The notes beneath the pieces are model-generated. The model was not told the DNA's origin and did no database searches. It saw nothing but the letters and a program-made list of their open reading frames with translations. The translations under genes were made by a program, and so were the position numbers. From Eledone cirrhosa (lineage: Eukaryota), in NCBI GenBank assembly GCA_964016885.1, contig OZ024740.1:104036001-104100000 (forward strand): 64,000 nucleotides of DNA, given 5' to 3'. Below are positions 40,480 to 54,177 of this stretch, one piece after another (the first letter of the stretch is position 1; each line of letters opens with the position of its first letter).

Positions 40480-43400
40480 TATTTTAACGAAGTATATTTG
40501 ATTTGACTTGTTTTTCGCCAACAAACCACGTGTGGACATGGACGGGGAAAAAAACAAAACAAAAAACAAATCACTACATCCCTTAGGCATCGCAGTAAGT
40601 ACTTCACAAAACCTATAAACAACAATATACACACAAATCTATATACAGATACATAGTACACGCATATACACACAAGTGAAAAGAAACCACACTATTTCGT
40701 GTGAGACACTATACCGGCCAATCTTACGTACATTTGTAAAATCTTTCTGAACATTAACTTCGCTTCTAACCCACATACACATTTTAATTATATATATATA
40801 TAATTATATATTCGTGTGCAGATCTTGTTGCATACACACACACATAATACATAGCAAAATAGAAACAGAAATACAAAAACAAAACATAAACAAACATTTA
40901 TCTCGTTAACTTACGCAGCATATTTATTTGTTTACACGCGCAGACTCTTTTATACACACACAACATTTAGGAAAACGAAAACAAAAATACACAAAAAAAC
41001 AAACATTTTATTTCTATCGTAATCAAGCGCGCTAAACCTATATTGTTTACATTCTGTGTTTTTCTACGGATGGGGAGAAATAACAAAATTGCCATGGTGA
41101 TATCCATGGATGAAGTATGCGACAAGACTGGTCGATGTTCCAAAATAGAACATTGCCCAGAAAATCACACCTGCCATATCTGTACGGAACCCGAAAACTC
41201 GTTCCGTAATCGTTGGGTCGAATGTGGAACCTGTCACATCTCTGTCTGCCTTCAATGCGCCACAGGATTCCGGAAGATCCCAGGCCAAAACAAGAAATAT
41301 CATATTGCTATGATGGATAGACTCTGGGAGATGGTCCAGCTAACAAATTGGTCCTTTCAGTGCCTGGATTGTATGCCTGCCTCTACCATTGCTGCGGAAC
41401 AACAACAACAAAAACCGAAGATCGTGTCTTCCTCTACCATTGTCCCCGAACAACAGCACAAACCAACGTCCGTAGCTTCTGCTACTACCCCCGTTGAAGG
41501 ACTTCATCAACAACAGCAACCCATGTCTTCCTCCCCCGTTACTTTTCAACAACAACAACCGACGACTGTCTTCTCCTACCATGCCTGTTGAAGGAGAAGA
41601 ACAACAACAAAAATCAACCTTCAATACGGAGTTTGAGGAAATACAACAAATGATTTCCGCTTTAAGCCGAGAAATAGCGGGAATAAAATCAAGCGTTCAT
41701 GTAGAACCTCACAATGAGGGATCTTACCGGACTGCCTTGTTAAAAAATCTCCGCATACCTCATGTTGAACCTAGACGCATTGAGAATGCCACTGAATCTG
41801 CAAACCACGAAGTGATTACCATTGGTGTACCAGAAGACATAGTTGATCTTCAGGCATTTGCTGCCAGTTCATCCAAAGACTTGGGCTGTGCTCCCGCAAA
41901 GGGTGCTCTACGCCTTGGCCGACTAGGCTCGAAACCCAGGCTAATTAGACTGTCGTTTTCAAACTCAACTGAGGCACGTTCATACCTTGTAGCCTCTGAT
42001 AAAGATAGTCGTGAAAGTCGGATTGCTTTCCGAACATGCCCTGGTCTTCCACCTGATATCCGCCCAAAGTTGCGTGCTGCAGCTTCCTTAAACTGCAGCT
42101 CGGCAGAACATGAAAGCTTCAGCCTACGTGATGATGGGCAGATATGAAAGTTTGTTAAGGCTGATGAAACATGGAAAAGAGATACCAGCTGGTCTGAAAA
42201 CACTGTACCCACAACAACTGACAATAAAGAAACTGAAAAAACTCTGGGAAACTAAATCAGAACAACCTGTCATCCCCTGCACATAATCATATACTGGAAT
42301 CAAGGTACAAATTGTTGTCCTTGAATGCACGTAGTCTATGCAATAAGATTTATCTTTTTGACTCCTACGTCAAAAGTATCAACCCTGACTTCATTACAGT
42401 CACGGAAACTTGGGCACATCCCTTACTCTGTGATGGGGTTTTCAGCATAAACTGGCTACAACCTGTTTCGCAAAGACCGCATTAATCGTCGTGGTGGTAG
42501 TGTAATGGTCTACGTTCGGTCAAATTTGTCGGCAATTCCTTGTGTTGATTTGAACCAATCACAGCAGGAAGTTTTTTCTGCGATATACGTATGACCATGT
42601 CAACACTGCTACTTGGAGTCGTTTACTGTCCCCCAAATTACCATCAGGATACTCAACTTTGTGATATCCTCAGAGCTGCTGCCAGGAAAACAGCCACTTA
42701 TGTTTTCATTGCAGGAGACTTCAATCACCCTGAGATTGACTGGGAAACCTTTCGTTGGCCGCCAAGTGCAAATGACTTCCTTGAGCTAGTGCTCCCAAGT
42801 AGTCACCTCCCCAACAAGAGGTGACAACACTTTGGACCTACTCTTCAACACTACTCCTGAAACGGTCATTAGTGTTACTGCTGAGGAACCTTTAGGTGAC
42901 TCTGATCATGCTATGATCATTGCCAATCTATCCCTCATGGGCAGTAACAAGAGCCACAACTGCTCACTTTGACTGGAATAAAGCAGACTGGAACTGTTAC
43001 TGCACCGAGTTGCAACGGCCAAACTGGCTTGAATTCTACGACTCTGGAGATGTCAACACTGTACTCCAGAACATCCTGAGCTCAATATGGACAGCATGTG
43101 CAGCATCGGTGCCACGTAAGCGGAAAAAACATCCCAAAAGTGCAATTTGGGAGACTGCAGCAGTCCGTCTTGCCAGAAAAGAACGTCGCAATGCTGAACG
43201 TGAGTACAAACTGCACAAATCAGACATTAATAGGAAGAGGCGAAATAGATCGTCCAACCACCTCAAACAGGTGACAAAAACGGCAGTGCTTCAATTTGAG
43301 CAGCCCTGACAGTAAGGTGTTCTGGAAGTATGTTCACTCAAAGCAGAGGCCTCACTCTCCAGTTGGTCCTCTTCACAATCCCCACACAAGCCAGTTTACT

Positions 43401-45227
43401 GACGACCCCAAGGAATGCGCAGAGCTCATTGCTGAATGCTATGCAGGCATTTTCACTATTGAAGACCAGAGTGTACCGTCTCCACCACCTATGACACCGG
43501 ATTCTATTACAACCATGGAATTTACACCTGCAATGCTGTGACGTCACCTAAAAAATAAACGCAACCATGCCTCTCCTGGTCTTGATGGTGTTACGTACCT
43601 GCTTCTTAAAAGTGGTGGGTACTTCCTTCTGCACCCATTATCACGCTTCTTCCAATTCTGTCTGAACAACGGTGCTACTCCAGAACAGTGGAAAACTGCC
43701 AGTGTCATTCCTCTGTTCAAAAAGGGTGACCGCACATCACCTGTGAACTATTGTCCACTCAGTCTTACGAGTTGCATTGCCAAACTGATGGAATCCTGTG
43801 TCAGAGAAACACTCTGGAACTTCTGGAACTCTCACAGTCTTATCCGGCCCTCGCAATTTGGATTTATCCCCAACTCCAGCTGCTGTGATCAACTTATCTA
43901 GTTTCTTGAAGACATCACCCGGATCACTGATGGCGGCTCATGGGTGGATGTTGTTTACCTTGACTTTGCGAAAGCTTTCAATTCTGTGTCACACAAAAGG
44001 CTTATGGCAAAACTCCCTGCAATGGGTGTGAAGGATGATCTTTTTAACTGGTTGAAGTCCTTCATTCTCAGTCGAAGAGAGGTAGTCACGGTTCTGGGAC
44101 AGCATGCCTCACCATATGAGATGTCATCTGGTGTACCACAGGAATCTGTTCTACACCATATGAGATGTCATCTGGTGTACCACAGGGATCTGTTCTTGGC
44201 CCCCTTTTGTTTGTGGCATATATTAATGACATAGATGCCAACTTAAGAATGCCACAGTACTAAAGTACGCAAATGACATCAAGCTGTACCTTGAGATAAA
44301 AAGGACAGATCCTGAACACTATAGATCTTGCTTGCAGTCTGACCTGGACACAATGCAACAATGGATCTAAGACTGGCAACTCAAGCTAGCTGTGGACAAG
44401 TGCACCACCATGCATTTTGGGAGTAAAAACCCAGCGTCCACATACTCCCTCCACAGCACTAATATCAAGAAGTCTTCTTGTGAACGGACCTGGGCATTGC
44501 GGTCAGCAGCGATTTGCGTTGGATGAAGCACGTATCTAAAATTGTCAAGAGGGCCGAGGGTGTCTTAGCATCACTCAGCAAGACCTTTGTCAGCCGCTCT
44601 CCAGCTATCTATTTAAGGCTGTGCATGGCTATGCTGCGGCCACACTTAGAATTTGCATCACCAGTCTGGAACCCCTATCTTGCTTAGAACATTGACCGCC
44701 AGGAAACTGTTCAGAGATGTGCAACCAAGCGAATACCCTCCATCAGGCATCTACCATACTCTGAGCGCCTTGCTTCCCTGGGCATGGATACATTGAAGCT
44801 CCGACGCCTGGCAACTGACTTGGTAAACGCCCACAAAATTATTAACCATCTTGCCAACAACAACCCTGAGTACCTTTTTGATTTCCATGTGTCTAACACA
44901 CGAGGGCATGCCAACAAAGTCAGAAAACAGTACAGTTCCCATGACTTTCGGAAACATTTTTTCACGCTCAGAGTTGCTGAAGCATGGAGCAAACTACCTG
45001 CATCAGTTGTTAGCTGTCGAGACACTGCATCCTTTAAGGCCTCCATGCTTCCCGAGATTCGCCAACACTACACCTAATGTTCCCCCTCCAGACACATACA
45101 CACATGTATATCATGACTCATATACTATTCACTTCACTGACATTTGTGTATTATTCTATGTACTATACATGCACCTTTGATGAGTTGTAGTGCACCTGAG
45201 CACTTTACACAATAATTTCATTATTAT
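40480..45227 (+). mobile_element. Near-full-length decayed CR1-clade LINE (ORF1 with PHD-like finger; ORF2 APE-RT)
   Basis: ORF1 41070-42147 (CHIC..WVECGTC..CLQC..FQCLDC, frameshifted). APE motifs VTETW, RKDR..RGG, GDFNHPEIDW, SDH. RT motifs PLFKKGD, VVYLDFAKAF, SGVPQGS. CR1-type C-terminus TRGH..RKHFFTLRVAEAW. Ends in an (ATT)-like tail. The 5' boundary is approximate. Confidence 0.92.
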
Positions 45228-45254
45228 ACGAGATGTGAGGGAGAAATGGTGAAT

Positions 45255-46560
45255 ACCTAGAGACCACTAGATGTTTGCTTCAGCCCATGCCCATGGGAAG
45301 ATGTGTCTTCTGTATTACTGCATAACGCCAGAGATCTCGATCCTCTGTCATCACCTTTGAGAGGTACAACTGTGTGGGGGTCAGCTTTTATCACCATATC
45401 CCAATCCTTCCTTGGTCTTCCTCTTCCATAGCTTCCATCAATCTTGAATGCCCTGCACCTTTTTATACAGCTGTCACCCTTCATATGCATCACATGTTCA
45501 TATCAACACAATCTTCTCTCCTGCATATTGCATCTAATCCCTCTTTTGCTTAGTATCTCTCTCAGTTCATTTACACTTTGCCGTTCATTTATATTATTAC
45601 TATTATACATTCATCGGAGCATACAAGCTTCATTTCGTACCAATCTTCAAGGTCATCTGCACACAGTGCCCTTGTCTTACTACCATGCAGCTGTTTGGAT
45701 ACACACATCATCAATCTGCCCTTCATTTTGAGGGAAAAATCTTTTGTTACTAGGAGCAGTAATAGCTCCCTGAACATTTTCCATCCCATTCTCATTCTGG
45801 CTATTGCACTTTCAGAATACCCACCCCCACCGTTAATTTGGTCCCCCAGGTAGCAGAAGCTGTTAACTGTTTCTATGGAAACCTATAAGAATTTGATAGC
45901 ACTTGTTTCCTGTGAGTGTTTGTTACTTACTGCTCCTGTGCAATGACCACATGTAAAACCTACATTCTTAGCTAGCCTACCTGAGATTCCACTACATTTC
46001 TTGTGTACTCATAGTGTGCATTTGGGATAGAGGATGGAATTTCTACTCATCCCTTTCCTATACACTGAACATTTCCTTCAAGGTATTAGGGCCTTGTTTT
46101 CCTTTCTACTTCAATCTTTGCCAAGTTGACTTTAAAACCTTTTGATTCCAAGTTATGCTTCCAGGTCAGAAATGTTTGCTCTAGTTCTGCCATATATTCA
46201 GCTATGAGAGTTAGATACAGGAGTTCCCAAGGGCATCCTGTTTTAAACTCTTCTGTTATAGCCTGGAAGACAATAATAAACAAGAGGGTTAAGGACGGAG
46301 CTCTGGTGGACCCCAACTTGCATGCTAAACTCCTCACTTTAGTTATTACTACACCTCTGTTCATGGATTGCACTGCCCTCACAACTCACTCATCTAAGTG
46401 CCCACCAGATTACAGAACAGGGGACCCTGTCAAAAGTTTTCTCCAGGTCAACAAATGTCAAGTAGAGTGGTTTATATTTAGCTAGGTACTTATCCTGCAG
46501 TTGCCTCACAATGAAGAAGGCATTCGTGGTACAAATCCGAACTGCATCTGATCTATTGTA
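45255..46560 (-). mobile_element. Old decayed RTE (PHD-bearing lineage) fragment
   Basis: Fragments [25 protein letters not shown] and [16 protein letters not shown] on the minus strand. Confidence 0.88.
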
Positions 46561-46829
46561 CTCATATATGATAATTGTTATTAAAATTTAGCTTTTGTCT
46601 CAATCATTCCATCTTTTATTCAGACATAGTATATCAAGGACTACATTATTCTCTGTCCATTCCAGTATGGTTTGAAGATGATTTGGTTGATATTTCTAGC
46701 AGGTCGAGTGACCATGTTTGTTGACTTGTGTGTATTGGGGTGTAAGGGACAGAAACATTTTTGAATAACTGAAAAAAAAAATGCAAGAAGGAAAAGAAGA
46801 AAAACTGATGTAATACAAGAAATATATCA

Positions 46830-47070
46830 AATAATTGTTTCTACTTTAGGCACAAGGCCAGCAATTACCCAGTGCATTACTGGTACTTTATTTTATCGAC
46901 CCCGTAAGGATGAAAGGCAAAGTCAACCTCGGCGGGATTTGAACTCAGATCGTAAAGGGACGTAACTATGCTGGAAAGCATGGCGTCCGACCCTCTACCG
47001 ATACTGCCAATCCACCATAAAATAATAATGAAATATTGTGTACAGTGCTCAGGTGCACTACAACTCATCA
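46830..47070 (-). mobile_element. Second-family SINE preceded by a 50-bp CR1 3' tail
   Basis: 46830-47012 is the inverted twin of 40250-40428. 47021-47070 is the reverse complement of the CR1 terminus 45178-45227. Confidence 0.85.
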
Positions 47071-47199
47071 TATTAATTTATCTAAAATATTTACTGATTT
47101 CTAGAAAGTTATTTAGACTATCTTCATTTATCTAAAGCTTGGAGGAAGCAATGTTGCTGGATGTGGGAGAGTAAAGACTAGGGTTTATAATATGAATTA

Positions 47200-48070
47200 T
47201 TGTATTTATATGTGTGTTGTGCATATGTGTATGTGTGTGTGTGTGTGTATTTATCTGTGTATGTGTTTTGAAGTATGTGTGTATGTGTGTGTTGTGCATG
47301 TGTGTGTGTGTTGTATTTATTTGTGTATGTGTTTTGAAGTATGTGTGTATGTGTGTGTTAGTATGTGCAGTAGTGTGTGAGTATGTTTGTGTTGGTATGT
47401 GCAGTAGTGTGTGCATATATTTGTGTTGGTATGTGCAGTAGTGTGTGTGTGTGTGTATGGTTGTGTTGGTATGTGCAGTAGTGTGTGCGTATATTTGTGT
47501 TGGTATGTGCAGTAGTGTGTGTGTGTGTATGGTTGTGTTGGTATGTGCAGTAGTGTGTGTGTGTGTATGGTTGTGTTGGTATGTGCAGTAGTGTGTGTTT
47601 GTGTTGGTATATGCAGTAGTGTGTCTCTGTGTTGGTATTGGTATGTGCAATAGTTTGTGTGTGTGTTGGTATAGGTATGTACTGTAGTGTTTGTGTATGT
47701 GTGTGTTGGTGTGAGTAGTAGTGTTTGTGTATGTGTGTGTTGGTGTGAGTAGTAGTGTTTGTGTATGTGTGTGTTGGTGTGAGCAGTAGTGTTTGTGTAT
47801 GTGTGTGTTGGTGTGAGCAGTAGTGTTTGTGTATGTGTGTGTGTTGGTGTGAGCAGTAGTGTTTGTGTATGTGTGTGTGTTGGTGTGAGCAGTAGTGTTT
47901 GTGTATGTGTGTGTGTTGGTGTGAGCAGTAGTGTTTGTGTATGTGTGTGCGTTGGTATGTGCAGTAGTGTTTATGTGTTTGCGTGTGTAAGTGTGTGTGT
48001 GTGTGCTGGTATTAGAATGTACAGTAGTATTTGTGTGTGTATGCTGGTATGTGCTGTTGTGTGTGTGGTG
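47200..48070. repeat. GT-rich minisatellite (units of about 31-33 bp)
   Basis: Repeated gttggtatgtgcagtagtgtgtgt, then gttggtgtgagcagtagtgtttgtgtatgtgtgt. Confidence 0.92.
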
Positions 48071-48519
48071 ATAAAGTCAGAAATTCATTACTTTTATCAG
48101 GTTGACTACTTGAGAAATCTTCACCACCTGTGAATGGATCCCAGTTCTTTCCAGGAAAACCTACCTTAGATGAGGATTGAGAGTCTTACAAGTTACTATA
48201 ATGTGCTAGATATGGTAAAAAGATATTAGTGACACTATACACACCAGCTTCATAATTGTGTTATTTGTTCTAGATCTCTGCACTCTGAGATAAAATCCTG
48301 ATTAAGTAATCTGTTCCTGAATCAAGTCTTTTCTCTGTTTATGTGTACCATAATCCAGTAACTGATTACCGAATATTTGTAATTTACAGCTGATGATGTC
48401 ACCATAAGTCTTATGTCATCATCTGATGGTCTAAGCAGGCCATAGAAATATGTATTGTGGTTTTTGCAGCATTAAATGAATATTTGGAATCTGGCTTCTG
48501 TATTCTTTGAAATATATAT

Positions 48520-48861
48520 ATCATCATCATCATCATTTTACGTCTTCTTTTCATGCTTGCAAAGGTGGCACGGGTCCTATTCAGCACATCATCTCTCCAC
48601 TTGTCACGGTCCGTCATCATCTCCACCGTGAGCTTCAGCGATCTGAGGTCTGCTCTCACCACCTTCGCCCATATTTTTTGTGGTCTTCCTCTACTACGTC
48701 TTCCTTTAACTGGCATTCTTGGCACTTCTTTACCCAGCGGTCATCCTCCATGCGCATCACATGTCCATACCATCGCAGTCTTCTCTCCCGCACACTACAA
48801 CTTATCCCTCTTAAAAATAGTTTCTCTCTTAACACATCCATGCTCGGTCGTTCACGCACAT
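48520..48861 (-). mobile_element. RTE family D 3' end with a very short 3' UTR
   Basis: [24 protein letters not shown] followed directly by acccgtgccacctttgcaagcatg..gacgtaaaa(TGA)n. Confidence 0.85.
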
Positions 48862-49451
48862 TCATCATCATCATCATCATCATCGTTTAACGTCCATGTT
48901 CCATGCTTGCATGGGTTTGGACGGGAGTTTTCCCACTTGAGGCAAGAGTGGTTGTCTTGCTCGTATAGGACTGTCTGGCGGGTTTTCTACGGCTGGATGC
49001 CCTTCCTAACACCAACCACATTTACAGTGTGGGGCTGGGAGGTTTTTACCGTGTTGCCTACACTGCCACATTACAGCGTGGACTGTCTGGCGGGTTTTCT
49101 ACAGCTGGATGCCCTTCCTAACACCAACCACATTTACAGTGTGGGACTGGGAAGTTTTTACTGTGTTGCCTACACGGTCACATTACAGCGTGGAGTGTGT
49201 GTTTTTTTTTTTTTTGTCGTGACACCTACATGATCTCATTTGTTTCGGCCTGGATTTTGTGGCACCAACATAACTTTACATTGAAAGGGGCGGTGTGGAT
49301 GGGGTGGGGGTGGTGGGAAGGGGGGGGGGGGTATTCTTTTAGAGATGCCTACTGACTGTAGTAGGTTTTACTTTGTATTTAGGTAAGGCGGGTCTTCTCT
49401 ATTACTGAGTACCGCCAAAGCTCTCGGTCCAGTGACATTGTCTTGGAGAGG
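48862..49451 (-). mobile_element. RTE family B 3' fragment (duplicated-UTR subfamily)
   Basis: Matches 8433-9010. Confidence 0.92.
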
Positions 49452-50460
49452 CATTATATATGAATTTTCGTAAAACTGACGGATTTTAGCTTAACCCCAA
49501 AGTCCTTCCATGTCTTAACTTTGGATACTTTTACTGTCTCTGCTGCAACTTTTTGTGCCTTCTTGTACTGCAAGTGCAAGAAGGAGGACTGGTTTCCAAG
49601 CCAAGTTTTGTAGGCATCCATCTTTGCTCAGATAATATCTTCAAACTCTTGATTGAACCAAGGGGTCTTCCTGCCAGCGAGCGCCACACAAAGCTGCATT
49701 TGCCTGAAGCAGAAACTGCCAATTTAAACAGTCTCCACTCTTTTTCAACATCCTCAGTTCACTCAGGGAGTTCTCTGAATTTGCGATAGTATCCACATAC
49801 CTGGTCCTGAGATTTTTATCAACCAAAGATTCCCACTTTATCCTGTAGGTCGACATGGATATGCCAGTTTTATGAGCTTCCTTAGCTTTAGGTAACAGAT
49901 AACTAGATGGTGATCAGTTGAGAGCTCAGCCCCTCTTAATACAAACATCCAGCACAGAATATATAATACAAACATCCAGCACAGAATCAAAGAGATCAAA
50001 GAAAATAACAAAATCAATCATTGATCTCTGTGCCTGATTCCCCTTATATCATGTATATATATATATATATGGTTGTTTTTGTGCTGGAAAAAGGTGTTCA
50101 TAACAGAGAGTCCATTGCTGGAACAGAAGTCTCCATTTGTATTTAGATTGGAATTGCCATTCCTTCCAATTACTCCTTTCCATGTTAGGTGGTCAGTGCC
50201 AACATGTGCATTGATGTATCTCATTAACATATGTTACTCACTCTTAACTACATCTAATGCTGTAGTGACTTCATCAAGAAAAGATCTGTATTCAGACTCT
50301 TTGTTTGGTGCATAAACTTGCACCACCCACAGAGACTGATCTTTCAGCCAAAGCTTCAAGAAACAAATCCTCCCTCCTAATGGGATCCAGTCCATAACAC
50401 ATTCTGACAGCCAGAGGCTTGTGAGTATCCCCACTCCTGCCTGTGCAGTCATTTCTGGGG
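49452..50460 (-). mobile_element. RTE APE-endonuclease remnant
   Basis: AQAGVGILTS, VVQVYAPN, NAHVG, VMNTFFQHK and STDHHLV motifs on the minus strand. Confidence 0.8.
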
Positions 50461-50489
50461 CCACACAACGTGAATAGTTGAGTTTGCAT

Positions 50490-51262
50490 TCTCACTCCAA
50501 ATCTTTGCCCAAGCTCCCTCTAGAGTTCTCCTCAGCATCAAGATGTGACTGGTGGTTGAGCTTCCCTCTCTGAAGCCTTTATGGTTGTCTCTGAGCTTCT
50601 TCTCCATCTCAGGCTGGATCATTTTAAGAATCATCCTGTTGAGGGTCTTTGCCAAAAGTGATATCAGTGAGATCCCCCTGTAGTTGGTGGTGCCAGAGAG
50701 ATCGCCCTTCTTTGGTACTGGGACAATGTTACAGAGCCTCCACTAATCCAGGGCAACTCCTTTCTCCAGTGCCTGGTTACACAACTCCAGGATGATATAA
50801 TCAAAATCACACCTCTTCATCACTTTTGATGCCACTCCATCTTCTCCCTGTGATCTCATTGATGATTATCCAGCTCTCTTTAAACTTCCACCTGTCAACT
50901 GCTCTCTCTCTACATTCCTGATTTTCTCCATCAGCACCTTGGCCTCATTGTAAACAGCACAGAGTTCTTTCTTCCTCTCCTCTCCAGGATAAGCATGGAA
51001 TTAGTCTTGGCAGCTGTCGGATGTTCTCTACAGTGGTGAAGTACCCATACCTCCTCGTCACACCCTCCTCAGTTCCCACATTCCCCCTCTGTCTCTCACA
51101 TTGAGCCCTAAACCTGTTCCTCACCTCTACTGTGTATCTCTGCTATAACTTATCATCTTCATTGAAAGCTCCCTGGCCATAGACAACTCTCTGGGACTTA
51201 GCCTTAATCTTTCTTAAACTTACCTATACCTCACTCTTAACAATAAGGTGGTCACTGCCCAG
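50490..51262 (-). mobile_element. Another decayed RTE-type RT remnant
   Basis: IVPVPKKGDL..NYRGISLISL and GFREGSSTTSHILMLRR on the minus strand. Confidence 0.75.
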
Positions 51263-51280
51263 TGACCAATATATATATAT

Positions 51281-51363
51281 ATCATCATCATCATCGTTTA
51301 ACGTCTATCTTCCATGCTAGCATGGATGGGTTATATATATATATATATATACACATATATATA

Positions 51364-51416
<53 letters not shown>

Positions 51417-51697
51417 TCATCATCATCATCATCATCATTTTACGTCCATTTTTCCCTGCTTGCAAGGGTGGGACGGGAACTGATTCTGGCTTGATTTCTA
51501 CAGCTGGATGCCCTTCCTAACACCAACCTCATTTACAGTGAGTGCTGGGTGCTTTTTTGCCGTGGCACCTCCACGACCACTTTGCAGTGGAATGATAGGG
51601 ACCCTAGTCCTTATCATCTCATTTCTACAGCTGAGTTAACTGGAGCAATGTGAAATAAAGTGTCTTGCTCAAGGAAACAACACATCACCCGGTCTGA

Positions 51698-51747
<50 letters not shown>

Positions 51748-52206
51748 TCATCATCACCGTTTTACGTCCGTTCTTCCACGCTAGCATGGGTTAGACGGGT
51801 TGTCCTGTTGTGGGCAGTGTCTGGTCGGCTGAACATGTCTTGCTCATACAGGAACTGATTTGGCTTGATTTCTACAGCTGGATGCCCTTCCTAACACCAA
51901 CCTCATTTACAGTGAGTGTTGGGTGCTTTTTCGTGGCGCCTACACGTCCACTTTACAGTGTGGGCTGGGTGCTTTTTTGCCGTGGCACCTCCACGACCAC
52001 CTTGTGGTGGGGGGTGTGGGGGCATATTGTCTATATGCTTCAGCTTGTACCCATGGGAGGTCGGGTACTCTGTATTACTGCGTGACGCCAGAAGTCACGG
52101 TCGTGTGTCATTGCCTTTGAGAGGTGTAATTGGGTAAGGTCGGCTTTTATCACCTCATCCCAGGTCATCTTGGGTCTCCTCACTCCGCGGTTTCCATCAA
52201 CTTCTA
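51281..52206 (-). mobile_element. Second small TA-hosted cluster: short RTE tail (51281-51331), headless SINE (51413-51701), family A 3' end (51744-52206)
   Basis: Each piece has a (CAT)n tail on the plus strand and is separated from the next by (TA)n. Confidence 0.9.
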
Positions 52207-52422
52207 TATATATACTCATATATATATATTATACAGACTTACATATATTTATATATATATATGCACATACATATACTGATAAATATACATGTGAATATAT
52301 ATATGTATATATATATATAAGAAAATGAATTTTTTTTGTTGTTTTTTAAAAACGAGACGTCCTACATTGGGTGAAAGTACAAGGAAAAGAATTGAAAATA
52401 CATTTTCACTTTCTTTTCCTTA

Positions 52423-52464
<42 letters not shown>

Positions 52465-52483
52465 TACATATATATATATACAT

Positions 52484-52514
<31 letters not shown>

Positions 52515-52879
52515 AATGAAAGTATAGAAATTATTGTGAGCGTGAAGCCAACAGTAACCACTACATGGTCACATGATCAGCTAATAATAGCAGTCCAATC
52601 TCCCTTAAATAACATCTTATATGTCTTTAAAATGTATATATATATATACATACACACACACATATATACTGTATATATACATGTGTATGTGGTGTGGGGT
52701 GACAATATATATATCTGACATACAATAAGTAACAAGATGCTGATGCTAACACATCTTGCTCATCCATATTAGATTTTAACATACCATCTGTTTGAATGAA
52801 GAACAGAAACGGTAAACTATTCTGTCACTGCTACAACAGACTTACTAAGAGATGCTGCAACAGTCAGCATCATATTTTC

Positions 52880-53460
52880 TACTACTGCTGCTACTGTTGC
52901 TGGTGTTGTTATGGTGGTGGTGGTGGTGGCAGTTGTGATGATGATGGTAGATGATGGTAGCAGTGATGATAGTGGTGGTAGTGGTAGTGGTTTTGGTGGT
53001 GATGGCGGTGGTGGTAGGTGGTGGTGGCAGTGATAATGGTGGTGGTGGTATGTGATGGTAGAAGTGATGATAGTGGTGGTAGTGGTAGCGGTTTTGCTGG
53101 TGATGGCGGTGGTGGTAGGTGGTGGTGGCAGTGATGGTAGGTGGTGGTGGCAGTGATGATGGTGGTGGTGGTATGTGATGGTAGAAGTGATGATGGTGGT
53201 GGTGGTAGTAGAGGTGTTGTGGTGTTGGTGGTGGTTGTGGTAGTGATGGTGTTGATGGTGGTTGTGGCAGTCATATTAGTGGTGGTGATGGTGGTGTGGT
53301 GGTGGCAGTTGTGGCGATGGGTATGATGATGGTGGTTGTGATAGTGGTGGTGGTGGTAGGTAGGTGATGGTAGCAGTCATGATGGTGGTTGTGGTTGTGG
53401 TAGTTGTGATGATGGTGATGATCGTGGTGATGGGGGGGGGGGGGGGGGGCAGTTGTGTTG
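52880..53460. repeat. (GGT/GAT)n low-complexity tract
   Basis: Trinucleotide-phase ggt/gat/agt repeats with short internal duplications. Confidence 0.9.
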
Positions 53461-54177
53461 GTGACAAAATGATGGTAATGTTGTGTAAGGTAGCAAGCAG
53501 TCACTGTGGCCTAATACCATTTCAATCATTCTGTATTCATGTTCTGGCACTCAGGTGTGGGAGGCAGAGGAAGGGTGAGAGTGGAAGAAGGATGAAATGG
53601 TTGTAGTGTGAGGTATGTTAGTGTTGTGGGAGCATCAGGTATAGTAGCATAGTAGTGATGTGGTGATAGAGAGGTGTGGTAGTGACAGGTGTAATGGTGT
53701 GATACCATTAGATGTAGTGTGGTGCGAGCATAAGATGTTGTTGTTTAGCCCCAGATCATCCCTCATTCAGCTGATCTTGAAAGGCATTCCAGCTCTGACC
53801 ATCTAGTATTTTTCTTATGTGCATGAAACCCAGGACACTATTAACCTTATATAAGATGAAAGGGAAAGTGTTTTGAGCGAGACAGAGGGGCTATTTCTAG
53901 TAGGTTGAAAAATTCCCATATTGGATCATGTTAGTTGTTGTTGCTGTTCTTGTTTAACCCTACCTCATCTTTGATTGAGCAGATTCTGTGATCAAAGATA
54001 TTCTACCCGCCTTTATCCTATGTGCAGAGAAACAAGGGCCATATCATCTAACTTGTCACATTTTAAAGACATAAGATGTTATTTAAGGGAGATTGGACTG
54101 CTATTATCAGCTGATCGTGTGACCATGTAGTGGTTACTGTTAGATTGATACCGTGATGGTGGCATGTTGGTGCAATA

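Noticed and set aside
41043-42147. Host PHD-finger gene
   Set aside because: Intronless, frameshifted and directly upstream of APE-RT, so it is CR1 ORF1.
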